Shown here: one piece after another, positions 50,101-62,300 of the stretch
Layout of the letters: each line of letters starts with the position of its first letter
How positions within the stretch are numbered: the stretch's first letter is position 1
Source: Klebsormidium nitens
Lineage: Eukaryota; Plantae; Klebsormidiophyceae
Length of the DNA stretch: 64,000 bases
Reading direction: 5' to 3'
Assembly (NCBI GenBank): GCA_000708835.1
Contig: DF237077.1
Coordinates: forward strand, 62,001-126,000
Program-made: the position numbers and the translations under genes
The notes under the pieces: generated by a model
Databases searched by the model: none
What the model was told of the DNA's origin: nothing
The model's input: the letters and a program-made list of their open reading frames with translations, nothing else

Positions 50101-53100
50101 AGGTCCTCCTCGGGCATCGGGCCGCTCGCGTTCGATGTCGATACGGACCTGAAGAAGTCAGGAAAAGGGCTTGAGACGGCTCCCGTCACTTTTTTGAGCA
50201 TCCAATGTCTTCCAAGTTCAGCTTGTCTCTTTTGATGCATCGCAATTTGATGGTATCGACCTCCTGTCCAAAGCTCCGTAAGCACCAAACAGGTGGGTGC
50301 AAGTCGAACAAACATAGAATAAAGGACTGTCTCAATGCTGACACTGACACTCTCTGAGCCTTTGCCGATGATTCCTCCATCCTCCCAATCACGGCAATCC
50401 TCTGAAGTTGGCGACATCACATGGAAAAAGGAGGCCACAAGAAGAAGGAGGCCACATTATACACGATCAGAATCCTTCAGAAAATACAGCACTCATATCT
50501 GGCAAGGAGACAGTGGTTACCGCAGAAATTTCAATGATAAACCCTTACCTCAAGTCCCGCCACTCCTGGCCGTCCCGTATGAGTTGCATTTCGGGGTCGC
50601 TGCACTCTATCCGGAACACTGCCTCTTGCCCGTATGGGTTACGGAACTCCTCTTCGAAGAACGCCAACTCGCCGTAAGCAGGATAGATGGTGCGCCGACT
50701 GGTTGCACTGTCGCGGAGCTTCTCTTGGATCACCTGCAAAGGACCAGGTTATTCGCTGACGTTGATTTATATTCACGGTTGGATGTTCTATATCCTTTAA
50801 GTGGTGTCCAGGAAAACTGCGGTGGTTACTTCGACGAGGTAAACGGAATCATTCACCCCGCCTCACTCTCTGTCAATCGTTTGCAATGTTCTGAGGATTC
50901 CCAGTTTAAGGGTTGTCAGAGCCTTTGAGGGCCAGAACTGCAACCGCAGTCTGGTTGTGGCGGGTGTGGGTATCCAGGTCCAAATATCTGAAAGTGTCAA
51001 CGCTTTGGGAGGGACCTGATGCTGGTGAGAGAATCAAAGAGTAAAATACTCGAACTCTCAGTCCCTCATGAAGCGGGCCGTAAACTCTTGTTTTCATTCC
51101 CGGGTCATTTTGTCTCCGGCTTACCTGCGCTTTCCTCATACTCCGTGACCGCTCCATCTCCCGAAGCACTTTCTCCCTTGCAGTCGCATCCATTTCTTCC
51201 CCAATCCCTTTCATCGGCGCCGTCTTATGCAGAACGTCCACCCGTTTCACTTCGTCTCCGTCCGACTCCCTCCCCTTATCCGCCGGCAAACTCTTCCAGC
51301 CCCGGAGGTTATTCACACCGGGCGCCTCGCGCCCGCTCCCTTCCGCGAGCAGCTCGCGCAGCCGTGCGCGCCGTGCCTCCTTCCGCGCCCTCGCACTCTC
51401 TAGCGCGTCCCTCTGCGAATCCTCGCCGGCGGAACCTCTAGAGCTTCCTAAAGTGTCCCGGGTCGCGTCTCCGGCCGCCAGCCGCACCTTCACCAGATCC
51501 GCCGAAGGAAAGACGCGCACTTTCTCCGTCTTCTTCCGCCTGTCGCCGGACGACACGTGGCTGCTCCTCCGCCGTTGATCCTGGCCGGTGCCCACGGTTC
51601 CCGCCGGATGCCGTCCCATATTTACCAGCCGTATCAAAATCTTCCCAGTCGTTTGATCCAGCGTGGTTGCATCCCCAGAATTAGCGCCGCCGACGTCAGC
51701 TGACGTCAGCTCCACGTGGCAGTCGCACAGGACTTCCGCGACTTCCCGCCCCTGCCGCAGCAGGCCCGCGAGGGCGACACTCACAGTGCCGACCTGCAGC
51801 ATCGAGTCGCCGTCCCACACGTCGACGCTCAGAGACTTGGACCGCAGGTAGTCGACGAAGTGTGCGCGCCGCTCGCGCGCTGCCGCGGGCGCCTCTTCGA
51901 TGCGGTATTTGTACAGGAGGTTTGAGGGGTTTGGGCTGCCGTTGGCGAGGAGGATCGGCTCGCCGGGCGCGCGCGCGGCGGGGCTTAGGGGAACGGTTTC
52001 CGTCGTACATGGGGGGAAGTCGTATAGCTGCAGAATGAAGCGGTATCTGGGTCAAAGGATGTGGATTGTAAAGGTGAATCTGCCCAATCGTGAAAGTAAG
52101 ATCCAAGAATGAATCATGAATTTACCTGAGTTACCACCGTGCTTGGACAAAAAATTATACGCGCCTGATCGAAGCCAGGAAATTTGCTTGCTTCACGGCA
52201 GCGAAAATAGGTACCCATGTCTGCGGAGAGTGAGCTTGTTGCTTTCAATCAGAAATTGAGCAGACATTGACTGAATTGATCTCTACGTGTCTGGCAGATG
52301 ATATTGCGTCCTTATTCTCACCTGAAAAGTGAAGTACACAGACTTGGGCTGACCCCCTCTCAGCACCGTCCCTGGAGTAAACGCCAAAAACTGCACCACG
52401 ACCTCATTCACACTCCGCTCGTCCCTCATCTCGAGGCCCATGTCAACCGGCTCCGCGCGCGCGCCCGCCGCGTCACGCCCGCGCGCGCTCTCCCTCCGCC
52501 CCAAAACCTCGCGCATCTCCTCGGGGAGAGCCGCGGTTGTTCCCGCCTTGTGCATCTGCGCGCGCAGCGCGCGGCTCGGCGCGGCCGCGCCCCGCGAGGG
52601 CTCCGTAAGCCCGCCCTTAAACCTCGCGGAATCGCTCTCTCGTCGGTGCTTTGAGTTGGTTGGAAGGATCTGCTCGAGCTCGCAAATGCAAGTTTCTGCG
52701 CGTTGGAGGTGCGCTAAGTGCCGGCGCGCGAGGAAACGCCGCGTATACTTCTGGATGATGACCTATAGACGGAGAAAAACTGCTTCTTCAAAGAGGAAAG
52801 CAAAGCCGAGATTCAAAGTTGCAAAAGGGAATGTGTCGCATACTACAAACCGCTGCGGGGGGAGGTACTCTGACCGGGAAGAACGAGGGACTATCTACGG
52901 GTATGTCACGTAACCTGAGCATCCCCTCAATTCAGTATCTTAAATACATCCAAGCACACATGGCTTACTCAGAGCACGCAGAGAGCTTCACACATTGATT
53001 CAGAGAACATCCACAAGACCGAAGTCTGGTTAAAGGTCACCCAAATCTCTTACCGCTGCGCGTATTCGCCGCTCTTTCCTTCCCATCTCTTTTCTAGCTT

Positions 53101-56100
53101 CCCTTCCTTTCGTATTTGCTCTCGAGGCTTCCGACTGCTCCTCCGCACCCTTGCTTTTCGGTGACGTCACGACGGACTCGATTCGGCTGACCGCTTCCGT
53201 CAGCGCGCGCAGCTGCTCCTTCATCGCGTTCGCCATCAGCTCCACCTCGCGCACTTTCCGCCCCGCGCCTTCGGCCGCGGCCGCGGCGGCTTTCGTCGCT
53301 GCAACTGTGCAGATCAAAGAAGCAACTCAGATTCTACCAATTTGAAGAAGCTCCTCTGAAAACTTCTCGTGAAATCACGACAGGTCCGTATTTCTCTATA
53401 TCTATGTGCAAGCACTAATGGCAGGTCGTTGGGTGTATCTTTACCTACCTTGCGTATACACAGCTGAGCATCAAAATCCTGAGAACTTCAGGCTTCACCT
53501 GTACAAAACAAGCAAAGAAAGGGTTCTGCAAGCATCCGATGACGGAAATCGGAGAAAACAAGATCCTAGTTTTTTTTTGCAATTCAGTATTCTGTGCTCG
53601 CCTACCTTCGGCAGCCGCGCGTGCGGCTCTTTCCGCCAAAACCTCGGGGCTGGTGGCCCTGACACGTGGCGGCTCCAGCGGCTCTGGAGTATACTGCGTG
53701 GTCGAGGTGTAGGAGCTGTTGCGGGTGCTTTGCTCGGGGTTTAGGCATTTCGGCGCGGCCGCGGTCGTCGACCGAGGCAGAGCAACTTCGCGGGTTCGAA
53801 GCGGGTTTTGTTGAAGAGTCGGACGTCCTTCTGGGAAACTGTCACGTGGCCTGTCAGACGCTGACGTGGCAGGAGGAGCCCGTGCTTCGTCTGACGTCAC
53901 CGTGGTTCTTCGATTCTGTAAGGGGATCACGGGTATATTGGACGGTTCAAAGCTTGCGTGCTCCTGACTATATGGTTCTCTAGCGGATAGCGTATCCTCC
54001 GAGAAATCGAGGTTTGGGCCGACGCGGCCCAGGGTTTGGAGGGTGAACTCGGCAACTAGAGTCGGTACGCCAGTCTGGATTTGCTTAGAAAGAGTTCCGG
54101 CCCAGTCGAGAATCAATTGGTCACGCGGCCAAGCGCCGGGTCCGCCGCGCATCTGAACGGCATGTGGCCCGTCCCTGACGCGCCACGTGGTGTCGAATGG
54201 GAAGAAGGGGGCCCAAGCGAGAGGGAGAGGCTGCAAGCAAACGGAGTCGACGTGAGTGGTTGGAACTAAAATAGAGGCGCGGAGAAGAACAGATCAACGC
54301 TCTTTAATGCTGAGAGAACTTCAGGTCACAGAAAGCTCTTCGAAGAATGATAGCTTCACGTAAATTCACGGGATGTCTGCAGCTGCTCTCTGAATGCGTG
54401 ACGCATGATTCTGAAGATATTGAAGCACACACCCACTTCAGGAGTAAGGTTTGAAGCTCCTGTGAGCGGCTTGCATATCCAGATGAGCGAGAACAGTCTC
54501 GCACCAAACCGAACAAAATCATTCTCGGTCGGACAACGTCTATTTGCAAACCAACTTCGACTTCAGTTTTCACGAAAATCCATGAGGTGAGGTGACGTTA
54601 TCCCGGTACTTACTTCCGCCAGCTGTGCGCAGATGCGGCACGTGCCGTCCGGCCCGCAGTCGTCGCACTCGTGGGTGGTTTGCCAGGGGAGGGGCCCCGT
54701 GAACGCCAGCTCCAGCACGAGTGCCACGTCAGCGTCCTCGGACACGCCGGACAGCGCGAGCGTGTCCGCGAGTTCCAGGTCCGGACTGCCGGGAAAACGG
54801 CGCAGCCGATTGGTGCACTGTACAGCGGAAGACGATCTCAATTCTTCAAGGGAGATATTAGGAGGAGGCAATCTGGTGAGACTGAAACGCCCTTGTGAGC
54901 AGCGGGAGCGAAAGGGGTGCGCGACACTTACTTTCATTCACCTTTCTGAATTATCCGTGGAGATAAAATGGTTTCAAGGGAGTCGGAGGCTGCCTGAGAC
55001 TTTCGATCTTTCAAATCCTACAAGTATAGAGCCCTATTTTTCAAGACTCGGTAGATGTTGTTTCCAAGCCCATGAGTGGCTGAGACACAGGAGATTGAGG
55101 GCCTGCATTGGTGCTGGATATTGACCCGTAACTCGTCGGATTGCACGCATAAAGCTTCTCGCGAGGCCAAAGCAGCATGGAGCGCATACGAGGTCCGTTC
55201 ACGTTCCGGATTGATGACTTTCTCACATCTTGTACCGCTTTCCAGGGGCCCCTTGAATGCAGCTTCACCGTGTTGCAGCGTCAGTTCGCAATGCATTAGG
55301 TGCTGGTTCACGGCTTTCGACGACAAATTGGACCCCCCGCCTTTCTGCGACGTATCGAACACCCCTTCAAAAGGAAAAATATTGTCCCTGCGATAGGGAG
55401 CCCCAGGTTTTATTCCACCGGTCCCGCGTTCAATCAATGCACCTCACCATGGCGTAGCTCGTGAATCGCCGCCCGTTGTGCACCGACACTCGCAGCTGGT
55501 ACATGGATCGGGGCTCTCCCCCGGGCGGTCCTGCCGGCTCTGCGAGGGCGACCTCTGGGCCCGGTAGAGCGGCGCTCCCCCGCCCTTCGGCCCCCGGTTC
55601 GGAGCCGGTGACGAGCAGCTCGTGGAAGCCGGGCGGTAACCGCAGCCGGAGGTTCGACAGCAACACCTGCGCAGAACGAACGAAGGCTGTATTTCACCTT
55701 CTGATTTGACTCTTTGTCTAAGCCTCGTGTTTTAACCTTCTGATATATGCTTGTTGTGAGTTATCACAAGCGCCGCGGTTTGGTCGCATGCGAGATCATG
55801 TTTGGAGTAAGTACGTGGGCAGTTCAGGTGGTCGTATGAAACGCCCCATAGCGACCTCACCATGCCGTCTCGACTAGTTGATAAACCTCCGAATCTGATG
55901 AATCTCTCTGAGATTCACTATAGGCGTTGAAAAAGCAAGAACATGTATACGCTTCGCACCTGCGCCCACCCCAACCGTCACCATTATCTTTCACTAAACC
56001 GATTGGAGTAGCCTCGATTTAAACCTCGGGTCGACAGGACAGCACGGGGCAGTCAAACGCGCGTGGCCTGTGATAGCATCTCCCTCCGGTTTGCGAAGCA

Positions 56101-58461
56101 CGCACCTTGGCAGCGGGCATGATGACGGGCTCTCTTATCGTCGAGAACGCGTCTTTGAGCGCGCGCGTCGGCTTGCCGTTTGCTCCCACGCGCAGGATGC
56201 CCGGTACAAGCTCCCGATCTGTCACGAGCTCGTTCTCTCGCAGCAGCGACATAGCCGGGGCGATTTTGTCGTACCGGGACAAATCGTAGGCGAGGACGCA
56301 ACCGGGAATCTGCTCCGGGGGGGCCACGTGGGGTAGATCCCGCAGCATGAGATACCTGGCGGAAAGTGTTTTGTGGGTTCACTTTTTTGGTTTCATTACC
56401 TACTTCTAAGGGATCTTTTGTGTACTTACTTCTCAGGAATCTTTTGTGAAATTGGATGACTGCTGAGAAGTACCTATGACGCTCTGAATGCGTCTGCCTA
56501 CTTCGTCTTTCTGAGTAAAGGATTCCGTTTTCTGCTAACGAAAGCGGTCATTGAAGAAGTATCTCAAGGCCAGCTACCTAGACAGACGGGAAATAGGACT
56601 AGTGGCACCAGGATCCAACAGTTTGTTATGGCGGCTAGATTCTTATTATGCCGTTCGAAGGGCCAACATCAGGGCAACGAGATTGGGCATACAAATCTTT
56701 CAGAAAGAACCGTATGAGGAAACGTTTCCACCATGTAACTCTTACCGCGGCGTGCCAGACTTGACCCATGCTAGTTGCACTTCGGCCCCCTCACGTGCCA
56801 GGCCAAAAGCGGGGAGCAGTGATGCGGGCGGAGTGGGCCGCGCTTCCGAGGCGAGGGAAATGGTGGACCAGCCGAGGCCGTACTCCGCAAGCACAACCCC
56901 GTGGATATTCTTCTCTGGAAGAAGTTTGGTTTACAGTCAGGGGACTCAACTGTGACCTAAGCACTTTATCGCACTTTCAACGAACTTGGCTTGACCCACT
57001 TCAATCTGTATGTTCGTAAAACGTGAGCCGTCCAGAGAGGCCCTAAGGTCTGCGACCAGGTTTGACGGGATGAGCATTAACCAGTGCACTGTCTGCGTCG
57101 CGAATGGCTCCTTTGTCTCTGAATCTGACGATTGAAGCGACCCAGTGAAACGACCCATCAACGCCCATTTCTGTCATAGATACAGGTGGTTGCATTCACA
57201 AGAAAACCGGAGAAGGTCGGGCAGTAGACGATTACAAGGACAGGCTCAGACAGAGGGATGATGCAACCCGATAGTCCGTGGATTGATAAGACTCGTCTGC
57301 TGCAGTCGACAAGCTCCTCTGAAACTTGTGCAGAATAGCCGTCCTCATATTTGTAACATGATGTTTGTCGAAACTAACATTGGCTTTACCACTAAAATGC
57401 AGTTCAGGGCTACAACGACTCACCGACGGCGACCAGTTCGACTACCAGGACACTTTTAGGGTCCACCACTCTGGTGTGGAAGAACACGTCCTGTTCCAAG
57501 CGACAGCTGCTCACCGCCCCACCGCGGACATCCGGGGGGGCCGCCACCCAGGGCCGGGAGACCCCCTGGCACGTGTTGCCAAAGAAAGCGCCGGAGGTCT
57601 CGTCGAAGAGGCTGACGCCGACGCGGCACTCAAAGATGGAGCGGTTGTTCTGCAGGGTAAAGAGCGTCGTTAGGCTGGTAGAATTACCTCTGCTAAACTG
57701 TTTGACTTTCTTTTCTTTTGGATTGAAGGAGGTTGGTTTAAGTGAGAGAAAGATTTGGTAATCTTGCGGACTGCATCTTCAATCTATTTGGAGATAGAAA
57801 TGCATGGTGCTTCCAAAGCTTCTGCAATGCTATCAAAAGTGGTAAAAGCTTGGTGAGAGTGCCATCCTAGGCACAACGCTGTCGACCACCGGAGGAACAG
57901 ATATAGCATTGCAAGCCAGCGTGATTAACCAAAACGTAAGAATGAAAAGCCAAACCAACGGGATCTTTTAGAGAAGTCGGAATGCTTCTCCTAATGGATT
58001 GGCATGGGTAATGTCGCTTCAAATCTTGGACTCACGTCGGGTGGTGTCAGCCCCGACATCCATAACAGCGTGAGCTTATACGGAATGCTGTCTGCGCCCA
58101 TCTTGGGAGGCCAGTCCCGAGCAATCTGCAATACCCGCCCCTTTTGTTCCTGCATCCTCCCAATCCATGCCACCACAGAACTTTCTGAGGTGCCTGTAGA
58201 GGCAGGAATCTGCCCCATCAATGGCCCAACCAGCTCGTTTATCGCAACACCCCTCCCCCTTTCCTCTTTGGCAGCTCCCGTTGAGTGTTCATCTCGAGCT
58301 TGTTCGTTGGTAAATTTACTGGCAGGTAAATTGCTGGCAGAACTGGGGGTGTTCTCTTCTTCGTCCTCTGAGCTAGGATCGGAGCTGCGGCCAGAGCTGC
58401 TACGCTCCGAGTCTGAATGCTCGTACCTGATATCCTCCTCCATGACCTCGTCGTTCTCCAT
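47139..58461 (-). CDS. NPHP4: Nephrocystin-4 (ciliary transition-zone protein), 17 exons, ~1713 aa
   Basis: Exons: 58036-58461, 57424-57649, 56746-56914, 56106-56355, 55448-55666, 54614-54817, 53606-54230, 53054-53304, 52322-52762, 51125-52027, 50549-50733, 49764-50148, 49139-49430, 48695-48795, 48327-48494, 47721-47945, 47139-47210 (5142 nt, phases consistent). NPHP4-like motifs: SLFDETSGAFFGNT, VFFHT, GTPRYL, LRVSVHNG, VQFLAF, VYFTFQLYDFPP, VDVWDGDSML, FRNPY, VVDRTFRFYQ, ISFTNPY, VLIFVNDAEDKTEEC. Confidence 0.9.
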
Positions 58462-59106
58462 TTATAAACAAGAGCTAAACACACTACATATCTAGTCTCC
58501 CACGTTTGCTGGTTTCAACAGAGGCACCGTCTTTCACTAGACTGCTGCGTCCTGCAGAGCTTCAAGGGGGAAACCAAATCAGGGAGCTCGCAAGCCCTTC
58601 CATCAAAAAGCCTAAATCAAAGGCCCAGGGCAAGGGAACCAGTGGTGGTGGTAATAGTAAATACCACCACACACAGATCTCCCGCCTGGGTCTGCACTGA
58701 TACTGTCTAGTGAAGAGCAGATAAGGTGTCTTCATTCATCGATGTATTACAGCTACATATTAGGAATCACTGCAAAATTCGTCAAATGGTGGGACAAAAT
58801 AACTACTGTACAATGTACACAGTATCTTCTTCAGACTTCATGTGCTCGCTTCCAGCACTGTGATCGAACGAAGCTGAGCGTCCAAGCACGACTCGATTTG
58901 AATCTGAATGACGCTTTCACGCACATTAGTTTCTGGACATCCTATCAGGCTCATGCCCGAAACCTAATTAAACTTAGAGAAGGGGAAATGCTCGCGCACA
59001 GCCTCATGCTGAAGGCGTGGTGTACTTTAAAGCGTACGATCTCGATCGGACGGCGCGACGGTTCTCTGAGGCCGGGCCCGGAGGGGGAGTGAGTCCGTTA
59101 CCGCCC

Positions 59107-59138
59107 TGTGTTGGACATCGTGTGCTGGACATCGTGTG
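59107..59138 (+). repeat. 14-bp tandem duplication (TGTGYTGGACATCG x2 + TGTG) in the divergent intergenic region
   Basis: Seen directly; it lies between the NPHP4 and downstream gene start codons. Confidence 0.8.
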
Positions 59139-59309
59139 AGCGTTGAGAGAAGCTTCGCGGCTCAGGCTTTCACATTCTGTACAGCTCTGCATTTCCACGT
59201 CATATATTGCACGCAGCCAGGGGTTGCTTGATCGCCATTCCAATTTCTTTTTGACAACCTCTCGGTATCTTCAGCCTTTGGTTGCTGTTCACGTTGAGCT
59301 CATGCGGTG

Positions 59310-62300
59310 ATGGACATCCCGTGGGTCCGGCAGCGGTCCCTGCAGTTGAGCCCCACAAAATGTTTCCGGTCTTCCACTCTGCTTGGGCGTGAGACTGTTT
59401 GTGGGAAGCTGCGCCGCCTTTCCGGGGCCAAGAAGCCTGGCGTGAAGGGGGAGGGTAGAAAATGTCTGTCAAAGGACTTGGGTGTGTCCACCAGCCTTTT
59501 CATGGGAGAGCGTACAAAGTTTCTGGCAAGCCCTCCCCAGAAATCATGCTCGGGCCGGTGTGCTTTTGGTACAGTAAATGCTGCGTATGGCACTCCTCTG
59601 GGGGCGCCGCAGAGGAGGCGAGTGTCTGTTGTTACAAGAGCGCGCACACAGCCGATGCCGCAGGGGACGTACGTGCAAAATTCGCGATTCAGAAAGCCAA
59701 ATCGAGTGCCGAGCAATTCAGAGTACTTGGACGATGAGGGCTGGGGCACTGAAGGGGGCCCAGAGGACTTTCTGGCGGGAGAGAGTGAGGCGGAAGTCGC
59801 ATCGGATGTGGATAGTCAGGCTGAGACAAGTGGCCGCGCTGATGATGATAATGGTGGGCCTTTGAGGAAATTGCATAGGGAGTTGAGCCTGGACAGTTTA
59901 GCAGATGAAGGCGAGGACAGAGAAGGAGATTATCAGTCCGATTTGGGGAGCTCGCCGGAGCGTCCCAGGCGGACCTACACCGAGCTGCAGCCGAATGGCC
60001 AGGCGGCCCCGTCTGCTTCTCAAGCGCATTCGGTGGTTCTTCCCCAGCGGCCCCGGAGAGTGTACCGGGAGATAACGCCGCACGGGCAGTTCAAGGACGA
60101 GGCAGAAGCGGAGCACAGGCAGAAAATGGCTGCAGCGGGGAAGGTGCCGGGGGTGGCCTTTGGGATCAAAACGCCAGTCACCGATGGTCCCATCGCTAGG
60201 CAGCTGGGTCTTGTCAAGGAAGAAGTTGGGGCTTTGGATGCGGAGGGAGTGGAAGAGGAGGATGAAGAGTATCAGGGGAAGCGCGTAGTGGTGGAGCGGG
60301 TGCCAGGGGCGAGGAGAAAAGCGGCGGAAGAGGAGGCGCTGCCACCAAAAGCCCAGACTAAGGAGGAGTTTGACAGGTGAGGCACCAGGATGTGTTTGGC
60401 TGCTCGTTGTAGGGGTCGATTGTGGGTTGATTGACTGGCTTGCGCTGTTACGCAGCGCTTGCAGCAGACTAGCCCCCGACCACTCCGTCCATCGCATGCC
60501 AACTATGGACACCCCTCTTTAGCGAAGTGGTTAGAAGCAAGACGGATATGGTGCCAAGCAGACCTTCGGCAGTAGGGTTCTCAATCTCAATGAGGCCGCG
60601 GCAATTAGAATAGGCCCAGCAATGGTCAGCATCATTTGGCCGCCACCACAGCCTGCTCAATTGCTACAAAGGGAGTGTTGGTTGCTTCTGCGAGCTTGTC
60701 TGTAAGCCAGTGAAGCAGGATGCAAGCTTTGGCTGTCGTAAACGTGTGGTTGACACCACCAAGGAGCGTCAAGAAGGAGCGTCAAGGGGGCACTCCTTCC
60801 AGGGATTAGAAGTCAGCAGCTTTATGTGACGCGGTAAATAATAGTGCCAGCCACATGAAGCAGCAGTTTTGTGGCGAACTATATGAGGAATTGCTAACAC
60901 GGCAGGGGGGGCACATTCTATACTGCTGGAAGAATGTGGCCCCTTGCTTGCTGGTTGTTCAGAGTGTATGTGAACGTTTGGCATGTCCAGGCAGATGCTT
61001 CATGCAGATCCTGCGTCCAAGTGAACAGTATGAAGTAGATTGTCAGATTATGAAGATAGAGAAACAAAGCACTCTGATTTTTCCAGGCTGTATGAAGAGT
61101 ACCTTCAGAGAGAGGAGGAGAAGCGCATAGAGGCGAAACGGCAGAAGGCCATCTTTGAGGTGGAGCGGAAGGAGCGTGTGCGGCTGATTGAGGAAGAGCG
61201 GGTGAAGCGGAAAGCGGAGCTTGCGAGCATGGGGATTGTGGAGAACAAACAGTTTGAGATTCCGTCAGAGACGATAGAAAGGATCCAGCGGCTCAAGGGG
61301 AAGGAGAAGCGGGAGGCCTGGGTGGCGGCCTGGAGGCGGGTGAGACTCTCGGTTCTTCAAACCTGGGCTTCAATCTATCGAACAGAATCTGATTGCTAAA
61401 ATGCCCTGTCATTGTATGCTGTCAGTAAAGTGCATGTGATGCTTTTGTTTTCGATTGTGAAGTTGATGTAGTCCTAGAGGTTTGACGCGCAAACAGCCTT
61501 CCATTGTTGCTACAAGGTGCATGTATAGCAGCGAGCGCTCTAGGTGCTTCCACTGCTGGGAGACGACGAAGCCTTGGTGTTGGATGACGGAGTTATGTGG
61601 CTGTGGTTGCTCAACCCTCTCCAAAAGCTGGTCCTTTGAAGGAGAGCTGGACTGCTACAGTTTTGCAAGCTTCACATGCCCGTTGGTCAGCTTTTGAGAA
61701 TGTGAGGCTAGGCATCGCTGTTCACCCTTTCTACTTCTGCCTTTTGTAGCGAATTGCTGACCATCATTGCTTCTGCAGGTTCGAAAGCAGGAGACGAGGG
61801 AGAAGAACAAAGTGCGGCAAAGCAAGGCTGCGCTTCAGAAAGAGGCTGAGGTAAGATTGTTCACCCTCCCAGGTTGGACGGTCAAACTGTGCGCATTTGT
61901 AAGAGAGAGCTGTACGTTTTGTCCCTGGATCTTCGCATACAGGAGGTTGGTCGACAATCCCCCTACTAAGTGACAACTGGAGGTAACCAAGATTGAAAGG
62001 CAGGTCTTGTCTCTTGTGCACGTATTCGCTGCATCAGTTCCTGCCTTCAATCCTCTACTGTTTCTGTACTCAAGCATCCGAAAGTAGTTTTCTTCTGTTC
62101 TTTCCCAGAAACGTCAGCAGTCAGAATCACGTCACATGAAACGCTTGCCACTCATTCTTCTCGTTGTTTTCCAGGAGTACCTGCATCTGGCGATGCAGAA
62201 GCTGATTGGGGGTGACATCACGCGGGTGCGCGGCCGCACCGCGATGGATATTATTGCCAACACGATGGCGGGGCGCCTGGGGGACGGTCTGCCGGAGCAG

